Below, in pieces: positions 8,237 through 20,200 of a stretch of DNA of 64,000 nucleotides; positions within the stretch are counted from its first letter, which is position 1; every line of letters begins with the position of its first letter. The DNA comes from Candidatus Wolfebacteria bacterium GW2011_GWE2_44_13 (GTDB taxonomy: Bacteria > Patescibacteriota > Minisyncoccia > UBA6257 > UBA9933), in contig LCHW01000001.1 of the NCBI GenBank assembly GCA_001000675.1, positions 463 to 64,462 on the forward strand, given 5' to 3'. The position numbers and the translations under genes were made by a program. The notes below the pieces were generated by a model, which saw nothing but the letters and a program-made list of their open reading frames with translations, did not search any database and was not told the origin of the DNA.

Positions 8237-11200
8237 ATGCAACGACTTACCAGAACAATCGCATCACTTATCCAATCACAACGACGTACGCTAACACGTG
8301 GGCTTGTAATTGTACTGGCAATCATGACTGTCGTTGCACCACTCGCACCAGCGTTCGCCGCGACGTATACGGTGACACAATCGAGTTGGACTGGGGGAGC
8401 TTCATCAGCCAACGCAAGTCACCCAACCAACGCAACTGGATGGACAAACTTTTCAACTACCTCTCAAGCCGTTGCGGGAAGTGCCGTCACCTCCGCAGTA
8501 GTCGCAAGCTCAACAACACAAACAACGTTTGCGGATTTTACTGGTGGCGCTACGAGCTCAGTGGATATTAACGGAACTCCCGATGCTTCACTTGCATTGC
8601 AACGTCTTACAACCCCAACGACGTTTGGAGGGGATGCACAAAAAACCATTTCTCTTAACACACCGAATGCTTCTGCACTTGATACTGTAAACAACAAAAT
8701 TTATATCGCGGATACTAATAATCACCGAATTGTTAAAATGGATTCGGGGACTGGCGGCACTACATTTGGCAATAATGCTCAGACCCTCGGAGGTCCTACG
8801 GCTGGAACTGGCGTTGGACAGTTTTCTTCACCTACTGGTATTACCGTAGACCCGATTAATAATCTCGTATATGTCACAAGCGCTACCACGGATAACGTTA
8901 TTAAATTTTCCTCCGGTGGTGCTGGACTTATGGCAACGAGCACCTGGACTTCTATTGCAGTTACTAATCCTAACGCAGTTGCTCTTGATGTCTCTGAAAA
9001 TTTGGGGTATGTAGTCACCGCCAGTAACGAAGTCGTTCTATTTAATACCGCAACCATGGTGCGTATGGATGCTATGGGAAGTACTGGTACCGGAGCACAC
9101 CAATTTTACGCCCCAGTGGGTGCTGTTATTGATTCTGTTTACAACAAAATTTACGTTGCTGACACAAACAATAACCGAATTGTCAAAATGGATTCGGGAA
9201 CAGGAGGAACAGAATTTGGAGCGAACCGTCAAACATTAGGTGGCCCTGCATCTGGAAGCGGTACTGGACAATTCAATGCCCCAAAAAGTTTGGCACTTGA
9301 TTCTGTGAACAATATGCTTTATGTCTCTGATACCGGCAATCATCGTATTACTAAACTTGCTTCCGGTGGAGCGGGCGCAATGTCTACAAGCACATGGTAT
9401 ACACTAGGAGGAACCGCTTCTGGATCAACGGCGGGTAAGTTCGCCTCTCCACGAGGAATTTTTGTCGACACCGTAAATAGCTTCGTCTATGTTGCCGACG
9501 TAGCAAATGATCGCATTGTTAAGTTTTCCTCCAATGGAACGGGTGCTATAACTACGACTGGATGGAATACCCTTGGTGCAAATGGAACGGGTATTGGCCA
9601 ATTTGGAAATCCTTTTGGAATTACTGTCGATGTTACAAATGCAATGGTGTATGTCGCAGACTTAACAGGCCCACGCATTGCGAAATTTTCTTCCGGTGGA
9701 GCGGGAACGATGTCGACAAGCACATGGTTTACACTCGGTACTTTTGGTTCTGGCGCTGGTCAATTTACTGGGCTGGAGGATATTGCGCTAGATAGCGTAA
9801 ATAATTTTCTATATGCCGCAGATGCTAGCCGTGTAGTAAAATTACCCACTAATGGAGCTGGTGCGCTTACGACTACAGGCTGGACAACACTTGGAACAAG
9901 TGGGAGTATAAGCGTTGGACAATTTGATGACTTAACCGGCATTACTGTCGACGCCACTAATAATGTTGTGTATGTTATCGACAATGGACGTAGCGGTGTC
10001 GTACAATTTTCTTCCGGTGGAGCGGGAGCGATGTCTACGACTGGGTGGGATTCAATTGCTTCCCTAGGAGCAGGGACCCACGAGCTACGTAGTCCTTCTA
10101 GTGTTGCAGTTGATGCGTCAGCTAATAAGGTATATGTAACCGAATCTTCTAATAATCGCGTATCTAAATTTAACTCTGGTGGCGGAGGAACCGAGTTTGG
10201 AACCGCCCGACAAAATCTTGGAGGGCCTACCGGTGGCTCGGGTGTTGGGCAATTTTATGTGCCTCAGGGTATCGATATCGATACAACTAATAATTTTGTG
10301 TATGTTGCGAACATGCAAACAGACACTATTATTAAGTTTGCTTCGGGTGGAGCGGGAGCGATGTCTACGACTGGGTGGTCTACCTTGGGCGCGAGTGGGA
10401 CGGGCATTGGGCAGTTTGGACAGGCATACGATGTTGATGTTAATACACTTAACGGACGTTTATTTGTCACTGATTATGAACATGATCGCGTAGTTACCTT
10501 TGCTTCGGGTGGAGCGGGAGCGATGTCTACGACTGGGTGGGATGCCTTAGGCAGCTCAGGATCTGGATTAATGCAACTAAGTCAACCTTATAAAATATCC
10601 ATCGATCGCGTTAATAATAAGGTGTATGTGGCTGACAGAATCAACAACCGTATCGTAAAGATGGATTCCGGTACTGGCGGCACTACGCTAGGGAATAACC
10701 GACAGACTCTTGGAGGGCCTACAGCTGGCTCAGGTACTGGGCAATTCAATAGCCCTATTGGCCTATTTGTCGACACAGTTAATAACTTCGTGTACGTTGG
10801 CGATGATGGTAATAATCGTATTGTAAAGTTTTCTTCCGGTGGAGCAGGTGCAATGTCTACGACTGGATGGAATACGTTAGGATCCTCTGGCTCGGGTGTT
10901 GGCCAATTCCAGACTCCTACCGACGTTTTTGTCGACACCGTTAATAACTTCGTGTACGTTTCTGATAGTCTCAACCACAAAGTTGCAAAGTTTTCTTCCG
11001 GTGGAGCAGGTGCAATGTCTACGACTGGATGGAATACGTTAGGATCAACCGGCACGGGTGTTGGTAAATTTACAACCCCTGAAAGTCTCTCCATTGATAC
11101 GACAAACGACTACGTCTATGTAATTGCGTCTAATTTTGTTGTTAAATTTCCTTCCGGTGGAGCGGGTGTCATGACTACGGACACTTGGCAAACGATTGGT

Positions 11201-14200
11201 GGAACAGGGGTCGGAGTCGGCCAATTTACAAGTGCGAAAGGAATATTTATTGACCCCGTTAACAATTACGTGTACGTTGCCGACACAGGAAACGACCGCA
11301 TTGCGAAGTTCGCCTCGGGCGGAGCTGATAGTATGTCGACGAGCACATCGTGGCAAACTGCGCCTGTATCAACAGACCCGTACGGCGTCTTTGTTGATAC
11401 CGTTAACGCGCGCGTATACGCAGTTTCAAGCCCCACTAACGCAGTCTATTCTTTCACCTCTGGCGACCCAATGATTGCCTATGTTTCAGCTGGGGCATAC
11501 ACATCTTCTGTTATCGATGCAGGAGTAAACACCCGAGCGGGTTCTGTTTCTTTGAGCTGGACTGATTCCATCTCCGCATCTATCAACACTGCAACGCCAG
11601 TCGGACTGCAAGTTGCGAGCAGTAACAGCGCAAGCGGTCCATGGACATTTTACGGGCCGGCGGGAACAACGGCTGCAAGCGATGTCTATACCACAAAGAC
11701 AGGGACGATTCTTAACGCAATCCATAACGGAGCGCGCTACTTTAAGTATACAGTTACGTTACAAACGGGAGACGTTACACTAACCCCCGAAGTTCTTTCG
11801 GTAACATTTAATTACGATAGCTATGCGTCTGCTTCCTATATAATCTCTTCTCCATATAACACAGGGGACATCAGTAACATTATTGGGAAACTCCAATGGG
11901 TTGCGAACAGCACACCTTCGGGCACGTCTATTAAGTTTCAACTCCGCAGTGCTCCGGATGTAGCAGGAGCTCCAGGAGTGTGGAGTAACTGGGTTGGTCC
12001 GGACGGACAAACGAGCTCGTACTTTACCACTGCCGCTGGAACCGACTCTATCCCGAGTATGTTTACCACTAACTCGCAGTGGTTCCAATATAAAGCGTAC
12101 TTTGATTCTACTGGTATCAACACGGCCTCTCTTGGTAGCGTCACCACTACGTATTTAGTAAACAGTCCTCCGCAGGTTGGAGCTACTGGCGTTACTGCAT
12201 ACCAAATTCCCACCTCGACCGACGCAAACTACGGTAACGTTGCTATTGCCTTTTCAGTAAAGGACACTGACTCTGAAACAGGCCTTGCCACCACGACGCT
12301 TGAATATAAAAATGGCGCAAGTTGGGTTCCTTTGACGAACGCTACAATTTATAACGCATCGAGTAATCCAGTAACAAGCCCGCTCGTTGCGCCAACTTCA
12401 ACATTTGCTTCATATTCCGTTATATGGAATGCAGCTGCACAGCTCGGCTCTGTGGCCACCTCTACACAAATCCGCGTTACGCTTAACGACGGAGCACTTG
12501 GCAACGCAACTGCATCGTCATCAAGCACTGCATTTTCAATCGACACTGTTGCCCCTACCGGAGGCTCGCTTACCTTTGACGCAGGTATCGCTGGGCAAAC
12601 AAACAGTGGTTCAATTGTCATTGTTCCGGCAACCGATACGAATACCCGCCAGTATACAATTTCTGACGGCACAACCACAAACGACTGGGCTTCAATTTCT
12701 ACTACAGTCACTATTCCGTGGACATTTAGCTCCACCATTAATGCAAAGACACTATCCCTTCAATTTAGGGATGCTTTTGGCAATACTGCGGCAACTTCAA
12801 CCTATACTACTCCAATACCTTCTGACCCAAGCGGATTTCTTATTCAAGACGTTTCAAAAGTTGGCACCGCAGATTATCGCCTTTATATAGGATGGGCTAC
12901 ATCGTCGGCCGTCAACTTCGGTTCGTATAAACTCGAGTACGCAACGTCAACAGACAACACAACGTTCGGGACATATTCCGATGCCGCTCTTATCACTGAT
13001 GTTGCGACAAACTACTTAGTTCACGTCAATCTTAACAACGCATTGTATTATCGATATCGTCTTGCCGTTAAAAACACTCAAGGTAATACGTCTGTTCGAT
13101 CGAATGCGTATATTAACGCACGCCCTGATGGTATACAGAACCTCGGCGAAGGAGGGGGAGGGACTACTGCATCTGCAGCATCAATCACAACCGTTTCTCC
13201 TGTGCAAACTACTTCCGCAGGTACGGTTACCGTTGCATATACCCTCGTCGATACATCTATCACGAGCAAAACAAATCCGTTGTACGAAGGATATGTCTTC
13301 TATAATATAGGAACAACTGTTTCAACATCGGACGCAACGACAATTACCCTATCCGATGCTTCACATCTTCCAGCTAGTGGATTTATTCAGGTTAACAATG
13401 AAATCATCGGATATACATCCAAGACCGGAAATGTTTTGAATGGCATCACGCGCGCAACATGGCCGACTCCCGCAACTACACGAGCAACCCGACAAAATGC
13501 GTTGATTTTGAGCAACACGCCAGTGTGGGTGCAGGCAAGTTCGACAAAAACAACGATTACCAATAGCACTATTGCGACCGGCCAAGCGGGGACTATTATA
13601 TGGAACACACAGAATGAGCCGGCACTTACGGGAGCAACGTATGCCAACACAGGCGTGCGCGTATTGGTGCATGATAATCAAGCCGCAGAGTCAGGTCCTA
13701 TTACTACGCAGAGCGACCAGTCAAACGATGGAACATTGGCAACACTTGATATGAGCGCGCCGACGATTCAATTCACAACCGCAAATGCTAGCGGACTCGA
13801 AACAACTGGATTTGCAACTTCAACAATCATCCTATCAAAGCCATATCCGTTGAGTGTTTCTACAAATTATGCCGTGACCGGAACAGCGACAGCGACACAT
13901 GGGCTTTTGGGTTATTGGCCATTTGAAGGAAATGCGAATGATACGAGTGGGAACGGGAATAATGGAACATGGTACGGAACTTCTACGAGCCGATATGGAA
14001 CAGGAGTGCACGGTACGAGCGGAGCATTAAATGGAAGTAGCGATTATTTAGATTTTGGTAATAGCACCACATTTAACGGAATGAGTGCTCTTTCAGTTGA
14101 AACGTGGGTAAAATTAGACGCTTATCCTTCTACGGGCTTAAATTATTCTCCTGCAGGTAAGGATGCTGCATATCGATTTACAATAGGGCCATCAGGATCT

Positions 14201-17200
14201 GTTTCATTTACCATTGCAACGGTAAATAATGGCTGGTACACTCCTGGAACTAGTGTGTCCGCCAGTGGAGCTCTTCAATTGGGGGCTTGGTATCATTTAG
14301 TGGGAACCTATGACGGCGCACGCACAAAGATTTATGTAAATAGCGGTACACCCGTACAAGGAGCACAGGCTATTTCAGGGAACACTGTCACTAACGTAAC
14401 TTCTTTTAAATCGAGCTATAACACTGGGAATATTACTTATTTAAAGGGCGCTATTGATAGTACTGCTCTTTATAACCGCGCACTCACTCCTTCAGAAATT
14501 GCAGATCTTTACGCTTTTGGCGTGCAAGATTATGGCCTTTCAACTAACGCGACCACAGGTACGGTAACAATTGCAACAGGAGCAACATCAACTGCAATTA
14601 CGGCGAATATCATAAACGATCAACTCCCTGGCATCGACAAGAATTTCACCATAACCTTGTCGAGCCCAACCAATGCAACTCTTGGGGCGAACACGGCACA
14701 CACCTATACGATCACCGAAGTAACTCCAAATCCGACTATCGGGTTCTTGAGCGCAACTGCATCAACGACCGAAGCGGAAACTATCGTTACTGTGCCCGTT
14801 GTTCTTTCAACTGCATCTGCCGTTGATACATCGGTAAGCTATTCAATTGCTGGAGGTACGGCCATTATCGGAACAAACTATTCTGCAACCACGACAAGTG
14901 GAACAGTAACTATCCCTGCAGGTGCAACATCTACAAGCATTACCTTTGCCATCAAACAAAGCGCACAGAAGGACTCTGACCTTACGGTCTTGGTCACTTT
15001 GTCGAGCCCAACGAATGTAACGCTTGCAACATCAACACACACGCACACCATCAAAGACAGCAGCGTTACGCCGACGGTGTACTTTACTACGGCAAGCGGA
15101 TCAGGGTCTGAAGCAACGGCAAATCCAACGATTGGCATTTCACTTTCAAACCCTTCTGCATCTGCAGTAACTGTTACCTATACGGCAACTACTTCGAGCG
15201 ACAACTCAGCCAATGGTTTGGTTGGCTTATGGCAGTTTGAAGGGAATGCAAATGATACGAGTGGAAATGGGAATAATGGAACACCTCAACTAGGTGCAAC
15301 ATTTTCTTCTCTAGGGGGCGGCAAATTTGGAACACAAGCGGGGGTTTTCGATGGAGGTGCAAGTGCCTATGCAACATTGAATAGCGAAATTCGATTCTCT
15401 GATTCTCAACCATGGACTCTTTCTTCGTGGATTTATCAAACCGGAACAAAATCCTTTGAATTTTGGATAGGGGATAAGGATACAGTAGGGATGGCTATAA
15501 ACTTGGGTAGCGCCACTGGCCTTGTACAGTTTAGAGACCGCGCACTTGCCTATCATGATTGGAATGTTGGATTTAATTATAAAAATGCGTGGCATTACTT
15601 TACTTGGATCGCGCGCGGAGACAACACTATTGAGATGCTCGTTGATGGAATCTCTTATGGACTCGTCACAACTCCAAGTCAGTTTTATATAGACGCCATC
15701 GGACGAGGATATGGAACGGGCACTCAGTGGAACTATACAGGGCGTTTAGACAACACCGCCATCTACAACCGTGCCCTTTCGGCAGCGGAGGTTAAGGCCC
15801 ACTATGCAGCGGGTATCGACACACTTCCTGCAATCGGAACAGTAACTATTCCAGCAGGACAGACATCTGCAATCATAACGCCAACTATCATCAACTATGG
15901 ATCGTACGAAGGGGATCGTGAATACAAACTGGTTCTCTCCACTTCAACCAATGCAACCATTGGAGCAACAAGTACATACACATACTCGATTACTGAATCA
16001 AGCGCACTTCCTGCGATTGGATTTACCGTAGCAACTGGCACAGGACTTGAAGCTGCTACAACAACGGTTACTGCCTCAATCGCATATCCGTCTGTCTTTG
16101 ACATAACGGCAACGATTGCACAGTCGGGAACTGCGGTCAGTGGGGTCAACTATACAATCCCTGCAACCACAATCACGATTCCTGCCGGCGCTACATCGAC
16201 ATCGTTTGTTTTGACAACGCTCAATAACGGTGTGCGTGATCCATTGCTTTCCGCTGTTCTTACCTTGACGAGCCCAACAAACGCAACCGTCAATGCAGGT
16301 GCATCGACATATACGTACAGTATCCAAGACAACAATGTCATTCCAACGATTGGCTTTGCTTCTACTGGTTCAACCGTTGATGGAGTTGTATCAACAATCA
16401 CTATTCCTGTGAGCTTGTCTTCTGCAATGAACCAAGATGCGTCTGTGGGATATACGGTGACAGGAACTGCTGTCTCGGGCCTCCACTACAACGCAAGCTT
16501 CGCTTCAAGTGGTACAGTATCTATTGCAAGCGGCGCAACAACAACCAATCTAACAATCCCATTGCTCGATGATGCCATCAGTGGCCCTGTTACAACGACT
16601 GTTATTATTTCTCTCGCAGATCCAGTCAATGCGACGACGACAAATGCAACCACGACGTATACATTGACCATCAATGAAGTAACGGCAGATCCAGCAATTG
16701 GATTTACCAGCACTTCTGCTTCAGGACTTGAGAATATTGCTTCCATAGCCATCCCGGTGTCTATTGATGCAACGTCAACACAGGCAATCACTGTCACCTA
16801 TACCGTATCTGCATCATCAACTGCAGTCAGTGATACAAACTATGTTCTTGCAAATGGAACGGCTACTATCGCAGCAGGTGAAACAGCAACAACGATCAGT
16901 GCATCCATTCTCAACAATCCTGTGCGTGAATTGGACAAGACCCTCATCGTTACCTTGGGCACTCCAGTAGGAGCAACGCTCGGAGCAGCAACTACATACA
17001 CGTACACAATTCAGGACATCATTACCACAACTGCTCCGGTGATGAGCAATATCATCCCGACGCAGAGTACTACGAACGGAACAGTATCAGTTGCATACAC
17101 CATTACCGACGAAGCATCCACCAACAAGGTATTGCCATCATATGAAGGCTATGTCTTCTACAATATTGGTACGACTGTATCTTCTGCAGATGCAACAACC

Positions 17201-20200
17201 ATCACTGTTTCTGATGCAACGCACTTGCCAACCGCAGGCTCTATCCAAATTGGCAATGAAGTTATTACCTATACCACAAAGACAGGCAATGTTCTTTCTG
17301 GGTTGACCCGTGGTACATGGCCAACAACGGGAGCTCGCACAACACGACAGAACACAACTATTGTTGCTGGTACTCCGGTTTGGATTCAAGCAGCTTCGAC
17401 AAACACAACCATCGTCAATTCGACGATTGCAACAGGACAATCGGGAACCATCGTATGGAACACACAAAATGAACCTGCACTTGCAGGAGCAACATACAGC
17501 AATGTAGCTGTCCGAGTTCTTGTACATGACAATCAATCTGCAACAACCGGTCCGCTTTCTTCACAGAGCGATCAATCCAATGATGGAACATTGTCGTTGC
17601 TTGATATGAGCGCGCCGACGGTGAGCTTTGCTACTACTGCTTCCAGCGCCTTCGAGAATGCAACAACATCAACCACACTAACTGTTGTTCTTTCGAAGAT
17701 TGCACCTGTTGATGCTTCTGTCGGCTATACCATTACGGGAACTGCCGTAAGTACGGTTGACTATATAGCGGAAACCGAAGGAACGCTTACCATTCCTGCA
17801 GGAGCAACATCAACCACACTCTCGATTCAGCCAATTGCTGACCATGTGTTTGGAGTAGACAAGACCGCAATTGTAACGCTTTCTTCTCCAACCAATGCAA
17901 CAGTGGGTGCACCAAATGCATATACACTTACGATTGTTGAAGCAGATGTTCTTCCTACAATTCAGTTTGATGTCGCATCGGCATCTGGACCGGAAACCAC
18001 ACCGTCTTACGATATCGTTGTGCGTCTTTCTACGACAACAGCTGCAACAACTACTGTTGCCTATGCTGTGTCGACCTCGACTGCACTTGATGGAATAAAC
18101 TTCTCCCTTACTGCAGGAACACTTACCATCCCAGCAGGAGAACTTACCGCATCCATTCCACTCACAGTCATTCATGACAACTTGTTTGGTGCGGACACTT
18201 CGGTGACGGTAGCGCTTACTAACCCAACCAATGCAACGCTTGGAGAAACAACATCCTTTGTGTATACGATTACTGAAACGGATCTTACTCCAGAAGCAAA
18301 CTTCTCTGTAGATTCTTTGAACGTAGATGAACTTACCGGCACAACCACGGCAACGGTAACGCTTTCCTATCCATCCAACCAGGACATTACTATCCCTGTT
18401 GTGGCAGATCCCGCATCAACTGCCGTAGCGGAAACCAACTATACCCTTCCGGTATCTTCAGTTACCGTTCCTGCGGGAGATACGACTGCATCGTTTACGA
18501 TCATAGCGCTCCATGATACAACCTACGGCCCAGACAAGACGCTTACCCTTTCCTTGGGCAGTGTTGATGGGATGACCTTGGGATCATCTACTACCTACAC
18601 GCTTCTTATCACCGAAGTAGATAACACCGCTCCGGAAGTCGCATCAGTTTCTGCGGCACAGGTTGCATCTTCAACTGAAGCAAACTTTGGAAAGGTGGAA
18701 ATTGTCTACACCGTTCGGGATACCAATACGAATAGCGGAACAGTAAACCCAACATTCATCACCCCTTCGTTCGAATACAACACAGGGCTTGGATGGAATG
18801 TAATTACCACACTCCAAGCAGAAGACATCGCAAACAAATCTGTAGCAGAAGACGTCTTTGCGCCATACACTGCACTATGGGATGCGCAAGCACAGCTCGG
18901 GTCTGTTTCATTGCCTGCCGTAGAAATTCGCGTCAGCGCAAATGACAATGAACCGCTCAATGGCATCGGACAAGGCACAAGCACTTCGTTTGCCTTTGAT
19001 CGCCAAGCACCACAAATCGGACAGTTCAAGTTTGATGCACGTACCGGTGTGCTGACCATCGCAATTACCGACGCAGCTTCATTCACGTATGCTGTTTCCA
19101 ACAACGCAGACCTTTCTGCCGATGGCGTCAACGCAACAAGCGGTATCAGTACGGCAGCTCCAGCAGGCACGCTTGCATCAACAGAACTATGGACTGTTGC
19201 ATCGGGTGATTACCCAAGCATTTACTTGCAGGTACAGGATGCCCTTGGCAACGCAGCAACCCGTCAGATTACTATCCCAACAAAGCCACAAAACTTTGCC
19301 TTTACCGATATCTCCGACGTAAAGAGTTCACTCTTCAAGGAGCTTGTCAGCTGGTTGCCGTATGTTTCCACATCGAGTGCACCATTTGCTTCCTACGATA
19401 TCTATCGCTCTATCGATGGCGCTGAATTTGCGCTCCTTACCACGAAGAGCGAAATTGCCAACAATTTCATTGTTGATGAAGGACTTGCATCATCCAGCGT
19501 CTATACGTACAAGATGACCATCACCGATACCGCGGGAAATGTTTCTGAGTATTCGGAGACTGTAACCGATACTCCTGATGGACAGGGTCAAACAGACCTT
19601 GTTCCTCCAATCATCTCCGTCGTTACCGCAGCAACGGTCCGCAATACTTCTGCAATCGTCACATGGACTACGGATGAAATTGCAGATTCCATCGTTCGTT
19701 ATTCCCTTGCATCAGATGCAGGATCATATCGCACCGCCTCATCAACCGGACTTGTTACTGACCATTCCGTTACATTGACTGACCTTATCCCGAACACGGA
19801 TTATACGTTTATCGTACAGTCAACCGACCCAACAGGAAATGCTTCTGCATTCTCTGATTCAATTGCCTTCACTACAACAGGAGGTCCGATTATTACCGAC
19901 ATCGTTGCAACTCCCGCCGACAAGGCTGCGACAATCACATGGAATACCAACAAAGATTCTGATTCAATTGTTACCTATTCAAAGAGCTCAAACTTCAATG
20001 GCTTCAATGCAATCGTGGGCACAGTCACCCCTGTGGGAGATGCTTCAACCACGGATGTATTCACGCATGAAGTTTCGATTACCGGACTTGATTCCGGATC
20101 AACCTTCTACTACAAGGTGAGCTCGACTGACAGCAGCGGAAACGAATCAGTTGATGACAACAATGGAGTGTACTACACATTCCGAACACTGAGTGATACC

